From: Desulfomicrobium sp.
GTDB lineage: Bacteria; Desulfobacterota; Desulfovibrionia; Desulfovibrionales; Desulfomicrobiaceae
Direction of reading: 5' to 3'
NCBI GenBank assembly: GCA_040768745.1
Contig: JAXGMI010000001.1
Location: forward strand, 768,001-832,000
Length of the DNA stretch: 64,000 nt
Every line of letters starts with the position of its first letter. The first letter of the stretch is position 1. A program made the translations under genes and the position numbers. Of the stretch, positions 33,620-42,998 are shown piece by piece. The notes beneath the pieces were generated by a model. That model saw nothing but the letters and a program-made list of their open reading frames with translations. It was not told the origin of the DNA and did not search any database.

Positions 33620-36487
33620 GTGAAATCCGGTATTCCCCCACGAACCCGGGCCACAGCGCCGATGGTCCACATGGCTGATGCACCTGTCCTCCACGCCCCG
33701 ACACCGGTCGAGACCCTGGCCCCGTCGGAGGTCTTTGCCGCGCTGCGCACCACCCCCCAGGGGTTGAGTTGGGAGGAGGCCGCCGTACGTCTGGCGCGCC
33801 ATGGCCCCAACGTCATCAGGGTTGTCAAAAGGACATCCCTGCTGCTCAAATTTCTGGCCAACTTCATCCACCTCATGGCCTTGCTGCTCTGGGCCGCCGG
33901 GACCGTGGCCTTGGTGGCGCGCATGCCACAACTGGCCGTTTCCATCTGGGCCGTGAACATCATCAACGGCGCCTTCAGCTTCTGGCAGGAATTCAAGGCC
34001 GAAAAAGCCACCGAGGCCATGCGCCGCATGCTCCCGGAACATGCCAGCCTGTTGCGCCAGGGAGTCACGCAGCGGGTGGAGGCCCGCACCCTGGTGCCGG
34101 GCGACCTCATCCTGCTTGCCGAGGGGGACCGCATCTGTGCCGACGCCAGGCTGGTGACCTCGGCCGCCCTGCGCGTGGACCAGTCCACCTTGACCGGGGA
34201 ATCCCTGCACGTGCCCAAGGCCCATGATCCCATTCCGGGCCAGGGCCTGACCCGCCTCGAAATCCCCAACCTCGTCTTTGCCGGGACAAGCGTCATCTCC
34301 GGAACGGGCCAGGCCGTCGTCCTGGCCACGGGCATGGAGACCGAATTCGGCCGGATAGCGGGATTCACCCAACGCCTGGGGGATGATCTCAGCCCGCTGC
34401 AGAGGGAAATGCAGCGGGCCACCAAGCTGGTCACGGTCATCGCTGTCTGCGCCGGGCTGGCTTTCTTCGTGCTGGCCGCCACCGTGGCGGGCGTCAACCT
34501 GGCCGAGAGTTTCATCTTCGGCATGGGCATGGTTGTCGCCTTTGTGCCCGAGGGCCTGCTTCCCACCGTGACCCTTTCCCTGGCCATGGGCGTGCAACGC
34601 ATGGCCAGACGACATGCCCTCATCAAACGTCTTTCGGCGGTGGAAACCCTGGGCTGTACCTCGGTCATCTGCACGGACAAGACCGGAACCCTGACCCAGA
34701 ATGAAATGACCGTGCGACACATCTGGATGGCCGGATGTTCCCTGAACGTCACCGGCACGGGATACGTCCCGGAAGGAGGCATCCTGGACAACGGCCGCGA
34801 CCTGACGGACTCCTGCGCCGACGACGTGCGCCACCTCCTGCTTTCCGCAGGTCTGTGCTGCAACGCCCGGCTGCTCCCTCCGGACGCGGAACGGCCCGGT
34901 TGGACCGTTGTCGGCGACCCGACCGAAGGGGCCCTGCGCGTCCTGGCCCTCAAGGCCGGCCTCGACCTGGAGGCGGAGGAGCGGCAGGCCCCCAGACTCA
35001 AAGAACTGCCCTTTGACTCCCGGCGCAAGCGCATGGGCACCGTGCATGCGGCTCAAGGGCAGACGACTGTGCACGTCAAGGGCGCCCCCAAGGAAGTGCT
35101 GGCCCTGTGCACCCGGATTTTCGGGTCCGGGGCGGACCAGCCGCTGGACGAGACCACGCGGGAGCGGATCATGGCCGCCAACGACGGCTACGCGCGCAGC
35201 GGGATGCGTGTTCTGGCCGTGGCCCGGCGGGTCATCGCGTCTGGCGGCGCGGCGACCAAAGCGGATCCGTCCCGAGACCTCCCGGAATCCCTGGAACAGG
35301 ACCTGACCTTCCTGGGACTCTTGGCCATGCTGGATCCACCCAGACCTGAGGTGCACGCTGCCGTGGAAACATGCCGCCGGGCAGGAATCCGCATCATCAT
35401 GATCACCGGGGACTACGGCCTGACAGCCGAAAGCATCGCCCGCCGCATCGGCATCATCGACGGCCCGCATGCTCATATCGTGAGTGGTGCCGATCTCGAC
35501 GCCATGAGCGACGAAACCCTGCTGCAGATGCTGGGCGGGGAGGTCATTTTCGCCCGTGTCGCTCCCGAGCACAAACTGCGCATCGTCACGGCATTGCAGC
35601 ACCTGGGCCACGTCGTGGCCGTGACCGGGGACGGGGTCAACGACGCCCCGGCCCTCAAGAAGGCGGACATCGGCGTGGCCATGGGCGTTTCCGGAACCGA
35701 CGTGGCCAAGGAAGCCGCGGAGATGATCCTCACCGACGACAACTTCGCCTCCATCGTCAGCGCCATCGAGGAAGGTCGGGCCGTCTATGCCAACATCAAG
35801 AAGTTCACCACCTACATCTTCACCAGTAACGTGCCCGAAGCAGTGCCCTTCATCCTTTTCGCCCTGAGTGGCACGCGCATCCCCCTGGCCCTGGGCGTCA
35901 TGCACATCCTGGCCATCGACCTAGGCACGGACCTCTTGCCCGCCCTCGGGCTGGGTGCGGAAAAAGCCGAGCCCGGCCTGATGGACAAGCCTCCCCGGGG
36001 CCTGAATGAACACGTCATCACGCCCTCCCTGCTGACCCGGGCCTACCTGTTCCTCGGGCCATTGCAGAGCTTGGCCGTCATGGCGGCCTTCTACTTCCAG
36101 TACTGGACGCATGGACATTGGGGGCAATGGCTGGATCTGCCCGCTGCCGGATCCTTGTACGAATCCGCCACAGCCATGGCCCTGGCCTGTGTGGTCACCA
36201 CGCAGATCGGCAACCTTTTCGCCCAACGCACGGAACTGGTTTCGGCCTTCCGGCCCGGCCTGTTCGACAATCGGCTGCTGTGGGCGGGGATTCTGGCTGA
36301 GCTGGCCGTCATCCTAGCCATCGTCTATGTGCCTCCGGTGCAACGGGTCATCGGCACCCAGGCCTTTCCCCCTTCCAACTGGCTTTTTCTCTTTGCCTGG
36401 GCCCCCCTTCTCTTCGCCGCTGACGAGGTCAGGAAATTCCAGCTGCGCATCAAAAAACACACGCGACGCCCCGGAGGTGTCCCATGA
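33620..36487 (+). CDS. Cation-transporting P-type ATPase, P-IIC (Na+/K+-ATPase-like); start uncertain
   Basis: TGES, VPEGLL, DKTGT, KGAP, TGD, GDGVND, TSNVPE and IDLGTD motifs. Confidence 0.93.
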   Translation: MKSGIPPRTRATAPMVHMADAPVLHAPTPVETLAPSEVFAALRTTPQGLSWEEAAVRLARHGPNVIRVVKRTSLLLKFLANFIHLMALLLWAAGTVALVARMPQLAVSIWAVNIINGAFSFWQEFKAEKATEAMRRMLPEHASLLRQGVTQRVEARTLVPGDLILLAEGDRICADARLVTSAALRVDQSTLTGESLHVPKAHDPIPGQGLTRLEIPNLVFAGTSVISGTGQAVVLATGMETEFGRIAGFTQRLGDDLSPLQREMQRATKLVTVIAVCAGLAFFVLAATVAGVNLAESFIFGMGMVVAFVPEGLLPTVTLSLAMGVQRMARRHALIKRLSAVETLGCTSVICTDKTGTLTQNEMTVRHIWMAGCSLNVTGTGYVPEGGILDNGRDLTDSCADDVRHLLLSAGLCCNARLLPPDAERPGWTVVGDPTEGALRVLALKAGLDLEAEERQAPRLKELPFDSRRKRMGTVHAAQGQTTVHVKGAPKEVLALCTRIFGSGADQPLDETTRERIMAANDGYARSGMRVLAVARRVIASGGAATKADPSRDLPESLEQDLTFLGLLAMLDPPRPEVHAAVETCRRAGIRIIMITGDYGLTAESIARRIGIIDGPHAHIVSGADLDAMSDETLLQMLGGEVIFARVAPEHKLRIVTALQHLGHVVAVTGDGVNDAPALKKADIGVAMGVSGTDVAKEAAEMILTDDNFASIVSAIEEGRAVYANIKKFTTYIFTSNVPEAVPFILFALSGTRIPLALGVMHILAIDLGTDLLPALGLGAEKAEPGLMDKPPRGLNEHVITPSLLTRAYLFLGPLQSLAVMAAFYFQYWTHGHWGQWLDLPAAGSLYESATAMALACVVTTQIGNLFAQRTELVSAFRPGLFDNRLLWAGILAELAVILAIVYVPPVQRVIGTQAFPPSNWLFLFAWAPLLFAADEVRKFQLRIKKHTRRPGGVP

Positions 36488-37134
36488 ACTATGTCATTAT
36501 CGGCTGTGGCTCTTTGGGGGCGGAGCTGGCCCTGGCCCTACGCCGCGGCGGACACGCCATGGTTCTGGTCGACAAGGATCAGGAGACCCTGCACCAAGTG
36601 GACCCGTCTCTGCGCGGAGTCGCCATCGTGGGCAGCGGGTTGGATCGCCAAATCCTGATTCAGGCCGGCATCGAACAGGCCGATGGGCTGGCTGCCGTGA
36701 CCAGCTGCGACGAGACGAACGTGATCCTGGCCCGCCTGGCCCGGCATGTCTTTCATGTTCCCCGGGTCGTGGCCCGCCTCCATGACCCCCGCAAGGCGGA
36801 ACTTTACCGCAGGCTCGGCATCCAGAGCGCGGCCCCCCTGGACTGGGCCGCCAAACGTCTGGCGGACCTGCTCTCCTATTCGGAGGTGGACGCCATGATG
36901 AGCCTGGGCAACGGGCAGGTGGAAATCGTGCGGGTGGAGGTTTCCCCGCTCATGGAAGGACGCAAGGTGGGCAGCATCGCCATTCCCGGTGAAATCCAGG
37001 TCGTGGCCCTCAGCCGCAGGGGGAAAACCATGCTTCCCTCTCCGGAAACCACTTTCCAGCGGAACGACTCCGTGCACCTGGCCGTGGCGGCCGAATCCTC
37101 GGAACGTCTGCGCGCGCTTCTGGACCTGGGATAA
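36484..37134 (+). CDS. trkA: TrkA-family RCK protein
   Basis: IIGCGSLG Rossmann motif, AVT..DE.N, C-terminal RCK_C; ATGA overlap with the ATPase. Confidence 0.9.
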   Translation: MNYVIIGCGSLGAELALALRRGGHAMVLVDKDQETLHQVDPSLRGVAIVGSGLDRQILIQAGIEQADGLAAVTSCDETNVILARLARHVFHVPRVVARLHDPRKAELYRRLGIQSAAPLDWAAKRLADLLSYSEVDAMMSLGNGQVEIVRVEVSPLMEGRKVGSIAIPGEIQVVALSRRGKTMLPSPETTFQRNDSVHLAVAAESSERLRALLDLG

Positions 37135-37145
37135 GGAGAGCAGTC

Positions 37146-37820
37146 ATGAACGTGATCATCGTGGGCGGAGGAAAGGTTGGGACGCATCTCGCCAGTCTGC
37201 TGCTGGACGAAGGGCATCAGGTCAAGGTGATCGAATCCCATCCCCAGGAGCTGCGTGTCCTGCACAAGGTTCTTCCGGCCGGGGTGGTCATCCCCGGCAG
37301 CGGAACAGACCCCCTTGTGCTGGAGGCGACGGGGATCCGGGAGGCAGACGTCATGGCCGCCGTGACCGGCACGGATGTGTCGAATCTCGTGGCAACGAGC
37401 CTGGCCCGGTTCGAATTCGGCGTCCCCCGCACCATTGCCCGGGTCAAGGACCCCCAGAACGGATGGATGTTCACCCCGGACATGGGCGTGGATGTGGCCG
37501 TCAATCAGGCCGGAATCATGGCCCAGCTCATCGCGGAGGAAATGTCCCTGGGAAACATGATGACCCTGTTCAAGCTCTGCAAGGGTCAGTACTCCCTGGT
37601 GGAAGAACAGGTGCATCCGACAGCGCCGGCCGCTGGCAGTAAGATCATGGACCTGCGCTTTCCGGCCGAATGCATCCTGGCCGGAGTGCTTCGCCAGGGC
37701 CGGCTGATCATCCCGCACGGGGACACGGTGCTGCTGCCCGGAGACGAGGTCCTGGCCGTGGTGCACGCCTCCCAGGCAGGGACGCTGGCGCTGATGCTCG
37801 GGGCCAAGGCGGACAGGTGA
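37146..37820 (+). CDS. trkA: TrkA-family RCK protein
   Basis: IVGGGKVG, AVTG.D..N, IIP.GDTVL..GDEV. Confidence 0.9.
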   Translation: MNVIIVGGGKVGTHLASLLLDEGHQVKVIESHPQELRVLHKVLPAGVVIPGSGTDPLVLEATGIREADVMAAVTGTDVSNLVATSLARFEFGVPRTIARVKDPQNGWMFTPDMGVDVAVNQAGIMAQLIAEEMSLGNMMTLFKLCKGQYSLVEEQVHPTAPAAGSKIMDLRFPAECILAGVLRQGRLIIPHGDTVLLPGDEVLAVVHASQAGTLALMLGAKADR

Positions 37821-37980
37821 CCGTCTCGTTTCAATCCATGCATCCACCCTCTGCCGGCAGATTCCGGATTGACGTCCTGCATTGCCAGAACCTGGCTTTT
37901 ACGACAGACATCCAAGAAAACCACCCATACACCCCTGCCCATGGCCCTGTCCTGGGCAAGATCCCGGAGGGAGAACCGAC

Positions 37981-39219
37981 ATGCAGCGATTTGTTGACGT
38001 GAAGATCCTCAAAATCTTGGTTGGCGAAGCGACCCAGCACCAGGGCAGACCCCTCTACGAGGCCATCGTGTCCGAGGCCCGGCAGAGGGGCATGGCCGGG
38101 GCATCCGTGGCCAGGGGCTTCATGGGCTTCGGGGCCAGCACCCTTCTGCACACGGCCAAGATCCTGCGCCTGGCCGAGGATCTGCCCATCATGGTCGAAA
38201 TCGTGGACACTCCCGCGCGCATGGCTGACTTCCTGCCTGTGGTGGAGGCCATGGTCGAGGAGGGGAGCATCGTGGTCCAGGACGGGCAGGCCATCTTTCA
38301 CCTGCCCCTGCGCATCCGTGACGTCATGACCGGAAACGTCGCCACCGTGCATGCCGCCACCCCCCTTCCCGCCGTGGTGGACCTGCTCCTGAACCGGGAA
38401 GTCAAGGCCGTACCGGTCATGGATGGCAATCATGTCGTGGGCATCATCACCGGAGGCGACCTGCTCTCCCGGGCCAAGATGCCCCTGCGCCTGGACATGC
38501 AGACCCAGCTTCCCTCGGACCTGCGCCAAGCCCAGTCGCAATGCCCCGAATTTTCCGGATTGACGGCCAAGGATGTCATGACCTCTCCGGCCCGCACCCT
38601 GAACATCAAAACCACTGTCCTCGACGCCCTGAAAATCATGGCCAGGCAGAACATCAAGCGCCTGCCCGTGACCGCCGACGATGGCACCCTGCTCGGCATC
38701 GTCAGTCGCACCGACGTGCTGGCGGCCATTGCCAGGGCCTCCGCAGTGGCCGAGCGCCTGGAAATTCTCCCCTCGGGCGTGCATGCCACAGCCAAGGACG
38801 CTCTGTTCCCAGACGTGCCCACGGCCGCACCCGAAACCCCCCTGACCAGTGTACTGGAAAAGCTTATCGCCTCCCCCTTGCGCCGGGTGGTCATCGTGGA
38901 CCAGGACAGGAAGATTCTCGGCATCGTCCATGACTGGGATCTGCTGCGGCGTTTCGTGCAACAGGAATCTCCCGACCTCGTGTCCCGGCTCATGGGGGCC
39001 CTGACCCAACGCGAAGCTGTTCCCCCGACCTTGGAGGGGTCTGCCAGGGATGTCATGGCCAGCAACGTCATCACGGCCAAGCCGGAGACCCCCCTGGCCG
39101 AAGTGATCCAGACCCTGGTGGACAGGAAGATCAAGCGCATCGTGGTGGCCGACGACGACGGCCGCCTGCTCGGCATTGTGGACCGTGACGCCGTGCTCAA
39201 GGCTTTGGCCGCGCAGTAG
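37981..39219 (+). CDS. DUF190 (PII-like) plus tandem CBS domain protein
   Basis: PLYEAIV...AGASV.RG.MGFG...L.EDLPI.VEIVD followed by CBS repeats. Confidence 0.9.
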   Translation: MQRFVDVKILKILVGEATQHQGRPLYEAIVSEARQRGMAGASVARGFMGFGASTLLHTAKILRLAEDLPIMVEIVDTPARMADFLPVVEAMVEEGSIVVQDGQAIFHLPLRIRDVMTGNVATVHAATPLPAVVDLLLNREVKAVPVMDGNHVVGIITGGDLLSRAKMPLRLDMQTQLPSDLRQAQSQCPEFSGLTAKDVMTSPARTLNIKTTVLDALKIMARQNIKRLPVTADDGTLLGIVSRTDVLAAIARASAVAERLEILPSGVHATAKDALFPDVPTAAPETPLTSVLEKLIASPLRRVVIVDQDRKILGIVHDWDLLRRFVQQESPDLVSRLMGALTQREAVPPTLEGSARDVMASNVITAKPETPLAEVIQTLVDRKIKRIVVADDDGRLLGIVDRDAVLKALAAQ

Positions 39220-39307
39220 CGTTCCTGCCCATCAGCCTTTCTGGACCGGGGAGTTTTCGACCATCATCCCGGCAGGGTGCCAGTGCGGCGAGTCAGGAAT
39301 ACATGGT

Positions 39308-39342
39308 CACTGACGAGAGCGCGGGTGGCGTCCTCGTCAGTG
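39308..39342. terminator. Inverted repeat between convergent operons
   Basis: CACTGACGAG...CTCGTCAGTG. Confidence 0.45.
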
Positions 39343-39391
39343 TGCGAATGCATAGGCGCGTTTCAGCAGGAAAAAGGTTTTCGCCCGCTTT

Positions 39392-40252
39392 CTAAAGCGC
39401 AGCCCCCAATTCCTCCGGCGAAGCCATGACCGGCTCCAGCCCTTCTTCGCGCTCCACCAGCCTAAACCGCTCCTTGATGCGCGACAGCGATACGAGCTGA
39501 CCCTCCCGGGCCGACGGCGTGAGGAACGATTTCAGCTTCACCTCCAGCACCCTGGGGTTGAATTCGCCCTGGATGGCCTTGATTCCCTCGGTAATGATTC
39601 TTTGCAGAAGAAGCTCGTGATCCGTGTTTTCGCGAACGCGGGCCGACATGGGCAGAAGGATGAAATTGGCGATGAGCACGCCGTACAGGGTCGAAGTCAG
39701 GGCAATGGGAATAGTGGCCAGGACAACGGCGGTGTCGTCCACCCCGGACAGCATGCCAATGAGTCCTACGACGCTTCCGGCCAGCCCAATGGCCGGGCAG
39801 ATTTCGGCCATGACCCGGAGCACCCGCTCTGATTCGTCCCGACGCTGTTTGAAGAAGAACATTTCGGTGTGCAGGATGTCCTCGATCTGCGCTCTGGAAT
39901 AATTGTCCACCACCAGCCCCAAAGCCCGCCGCAGGAACATTATGGAGGTCTCCTTCTCGTCCTCGGCCAGGGTATGCAGGCCGCGGATCCTGCTCTTGAC
40001 CGAAAGATCAACCAGAACTTCCACGATCTCTGCCGGATCTTTGACTTTTGCCCGGTACACGGTGCGCACCACCCGGCATACGTGCCCGATCCTCTCCATC
40101 CTGAAACTGGCAATGGCCGCCCCCATGCCTCCGCCCAACACAACAAGGGCCCCGGCCACGTTGAAATACGCGGCCACGTTGCCGCTGCTGACAAATCCAG
40201 CGGCAAAAACGAGAATGCAAAGCAAAAGGCCGAAAAACGCTTTCCTCTCCAT
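39392..40252 (-). CDS. motA: MotA/PomA-family stator subunit
   Basis: FL.RAL.L.VD, PAIGL.GSVVGLI.ML and ALTSTLYG..AN motifs. Confidence 0.88.
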   Translation of the reverse strand: MERKAFFGLLLCILVFAAGFVSSGNVAAYFNVAGALVVLGGGMGAAIASFRMERIGHVCRVVRTVYRAKVKDPAEIVEVLVDLSVKSRIRGLHTLAEDEKETSIMFLRRALGLVVDNYSRAQIEDILHTEMFFFKQRRDESERVLRVMAEICPAIGLAGSVVGLIGMLSGVDDTAVVLATIPIALTSTLYGVLIANFILLPMSARVRENTDHELLLQRIITEGIKAIQGEFNPRVLEVKLKSFLTPSAREGQLVSLSRIKERFRLVEREEGLEPVMASPEELGAAL

Positions 40253-40253
40253 G

Positions 40254-41126
40254 TCACACCCCCTGCCTCGATGCCGCGAGCCACTCCCTGAAGCCGCCAG
40301 CCTGTCCTCCGGATGAGGGCAGAGGATCCGTGGGGACTTCCGTGCTGAGCACGATTTCCAGCCGGCGGATCTCAACCTGTCCGGCCTCTCCCGCACTCGG
40401 GCTGCGATCCCCATACCCGACCAGAAGGACGCGGTTGGCCGGCAATCCGCCTTCCCGCATCAGGAATGCAGCCACCTCGGCCGCCCGGGCCATGGACAGC
40501 TTCCAGGGATCGACAAAATCGCCCAGAGGTTCTCCGGGCACAACATGTCCGACCACGGCCACAGCATGGGGCGCACTGCGCAGGATTCCGGTCAGGCCGA
40601 GAAGCTGGTTCTTCCCAGCGGTTTTGAGCGCAGCGGTCCCGGCCCCAAACAGAGAATCCCCAACCGAGGTGATGTGCACCGATTTTTCCGGTACAAGACG
40701 CACACGCAAAAAAGGCTCCAGCCCGTTGCGGTCGATGACATCGCGGATCCCATCGTGAATCCGGTCAAGAATGGATCCCGGAGAAACCTCCGTTCGCGGT
40801 GCCAAAACCATCAGAGGCGATTTCTCATCAGACAGGACCGGAACTTTCTTGGGCATCTGAAAGATATAGAGCGCAGCGAACATGACGAACATGGTCATCA
40901 TCAAATCTGACCATGCGATGGCCCACCCGGAAGATCTGGGGACTGTTTCCCGGGACATGATGTCAAAACGGTGACTGAGGACAGCAGCATCGGTCAGGGC
41001 AAACATGTCGTTGCTGCCTGCATTGCGCATGTTCGGCAACGCTGGGAGTGGCGATGGTTCCCCGGGCAAGGGCTCAACCTTGCGCAGGGTTGCCTGGCGG
41101 ATGATTTCCGGAGTTGGCGTGTGCAT
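40254..41126 (-). CDS. motB: MotB/OmpA-like stator subunit
   Basis: W...WSDLMM.MF..F TM with conserved Asp; LF..G.A, VVGH and WKLS.ARA..V motifs. Confidence 0.85.
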   Translation of the reverse strand: MHTPTPEIIRQATLRKVEPLPGEPSPLPALPNMRNAGSNDMFALTDAAVLSHRFDIMSRETVPRSSGWAIAWSDLMMTMFVMFAALYIFQMPKKVPVLSDEKSPLMVLAPRTEVSPGSILDRIHDGIRDVIDRNGLEPFLRVRLVPEKSVHITSVGDSLFGAGTAALKTAGKNQLLGLTGILRSAPHAVAVVGHVVPGEPLGDFVDPWKLSMARAAEVAAFLMREGGLPANRVLLVGYGDRSPSAGEAGQVEIRRLEIVLSTEVPTDPLPSSGGQAGGFREWLAASRQGV

Positions 41127-41148
41127 AGAGGACCTCCGGCAAGACTTT

Positions 41149-41164
41149 AGCCAATTCCATGCCA
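41149..41164 (-). promoter_or_regulatory. Putative sigma-54 promoter for motB-motA
   Basis: TGGCATGGAATTGGCT with correct GG-N10-GC spacing, 23 nt before the motB ATG and GGAGG RBS. Confidence 0.5.
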
Positions 41165-41263
41165 GAAAACAGAAAGAAGCGCTCCGCATATTTTTGCCAC
41201 CTTGCCCCATGCCCTGGAACAGAGTAGAAGGCGTTGTGACAACAATTTGAACCAGGAGGAACC

Positions 41264-41446
41264 ATGGCTATTGTTATCGACCACGATGAATGCATTGGCT
41301 GCGAAACCTGTGTTGAACTCTGCCCCGAAGTCTTTGCCATGATGGATGGCGAGGAAAAGGCCATGGTCAAGGCGCCGGACTCCACGGCCGATTGCGTCGG
41401 GGACGCCATTGACAGCTGTCCGGTGGGGGCCATCAGCAAGGAATGA
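41264..41446 (+). CDS. Ferredoxin (single cluster)
   Basis: CIGCETC...CPEVF...CPV.AI; AGGAG RBS. Confidence 0.93.
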   Translation: MAIVIDHDECIGCETCVELCPEVFAMMDGEEKAMVKAPDSTADCVGDAIDSCPVGAISKE

Positions 41447-41469
41447 CGCGCGGCATCGCGAACGCAGAC

Positions 41470-41494
41470 AAAGGGGGCCACGGTCCCCTTTTTT
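41470..41494 (+). terminator. Rho-independent terminator
   Basis: AAAGGGGGCCACGGTCCCCTTTTTT. Confidence 0.7.
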
Positions 41495-41549
41495 ATGCTG
41501 TTTGCCTGAGGCTTGCGATTTTCCGGCATTCCCACCACAATGACAGTGT

Positions 41550-42257
41550 ATGCAAACCAACCCCAGTGCAGATCCCGTGGCATTCCGGACCGAGAAAAAA
41601 TATGTTCTTTACGCCCGGCAGGCACTCCTGGCCGAAGCCGTGCTCAAGGCGCACTGCCTGCCTGATCCGGTTTTTGCCCGGGCCTCGGTGCATTCCGTGT
41701 ACTACGACACCCTGGATCTGCAGTACCTGGCCGAAAAAATCGACAGCACCTACCTGAAGGCCAAGGTCCGGTTGCGCTGGTACGGAGACTGGGACTTCCT
41801 TCCCGATCCAGGCCCGGCTTTTCTGGAGGCCAAGATCAAGGAGGGCTGGAAGCAGCAAAAAATCCGCGTGCAGGTCGAATACGATGGCCGAACCCTGTCG
41901 GCCCTCCCCTTGAACACGCCGGAGATTTCGGGCCTGCCCTCCCGCTTGGCCGAGCTGGGTGTCGGGCTGTCCTTGGCCCTCCGGCCGGCATTCACCATCA
42001 GCTACCGCCGGATGCGGTTCGTTGACCCCATGACCGGAACGCGGCTGGCCCTGGATCAGGCCATCCATGTGTCAAAAATCAATCTGCCCTGCCTGGGGTC
42101 CGAAAAACGCACCCTGCCCATGGTGGTCATCGAGACCAAGGGAAGTCTGGACACCCTCCCGGCGTACCTTGCTCCCCTGGTGGCCATGGGCCTCAAGCCC
42201 GAGGCCTTTTCCAAATACCTGAGCTGCTATCAGATGCTGATGCAGCAACATCCGTAA
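41550..42257 (+). CDS. VTC (polyphosphate polymerase/CYTH-like) domain protein
   Basis: R.EKKY, SVYYDT, KVRLRWY, FLE.K.K and FSKY motifs. Confidence 0.88.
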   Translation: MQTNPSADPVAFRTEKKYVLYARQALLAEAVLKAHCLPDPVFARASVHSVYYDTLDLQYLAEKIDSTYLKAKVRLRWYGDWDFLPDPGPAFLEAKIKEGWKQQKIRVQVEYDGRTLSALPLNTPEISGLPSRLAELGVGLSLALRPAFTISYRRMRFVDPMTGTRLALDQAIHVSKINLPCLGSEKRTLPMVVIETKGSLDTLPAYLAPLVAMGLKPEAFSKYLSCYQMLMQQHP

Positions 42258-42266
42258 GGAGACCGC

Positions 42267-42998
42267 GTGAACGACCTGCTGCCTTCCGGCATAGACGCAC
42301 TGTCCAACATCTACGAGGCCCTGATCAAGGCTGGTGTGTCCGGACACGAAAAAATGGAAAGCGTCGGCCTGACCACCTTCTTCATTCTGCTCGTGGTGTC
42401 TTTTTTCGCTTCGCTCTACATCTCCAGGCTGTACGTCCGCTTCTATCGCCCCCGCGGCACCGGGAGCCTGGCCTACCGCTCCTTTCCCCTGCTGGGAGTC
42501 TCCATCACAGCCATCTTCATCTGCGTGCAGTTTTCCCTGCCCCTGTCCCTCGGTCTCCTCGGCGCCCTGTCCATTGTCCGCTTCCGCACGCCCATCAAGG
42601 AACCGGAAGAAGTCGGATTCATCATGCTGACCATCGCCGCGGCCATCTCCTGCGCGACGTTCAACCTGATGTTCCTGCTCATTCTCCTGGCCGTGGCCAC
42701 CCTGGGACTCTTTCTCATCAACTGGCGGGGGATGCCCCTGGCCAACAGCGAGCAGGGCACAATCCTCGTCAATCTTCCCGGCACCGATGCAGGGACCGTC
42801 TCGGACTGCCTTTTGCCCACAGTTTTGGGGCTGGACGGCGTGCGGCTCATCTCCGTGGTGGAAACCCCTGAAGGTACGGCGGTGACGCTCCGTTTCGCCA
42901 AAGGGGGCTCCGACCTTCTGGCCGCGATGCGCGGCGCGGCCCTGAACTGTGCCAAGGATGCCACCGTGAGCATGTTCAACGACCAGGTCAGCATCTGA
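42267..42998 (+). CDS. DUF4956 membrane protein
   Basis: LSLGLLGALSIVRFRTPIKEP. Confidence 0.9.
   Translation: MNDLLPSGIDALSNIYEALIKAGVSGHEKMESVGLTTFFILLVVSFFASLYISRLYVRFYRPRGTGSLAYRSFPLLGVSITAIFICVQFSLPLSLGLLGALSIVRFRTPIKEPEEVGFIMLTIAAAISCATFNLMFLLILLAVATLGLFLINWRGMPLANSEQGTILVNLPGTDAGTVSDCLLPTVLGLDGVRLISVVETPEGTAVTLRFAKGGSDLLAAMRGAALNCAKDATVSMFNDQVSI

Noticed and set aside
33361..35905. Long minus-strand ORFs (559 and 783 aa); likewise 4733-6439, 16320-17807 and 54968-56557
   Set aside because: Antisense shadows of GC-rich genes with no recognisable motifs.
39392..41126. Zorya-type ZorAB defence motor
   Set aside because: MotA has normal length with no long ZorA tail, and no zorC/D/E genes are adjacent.
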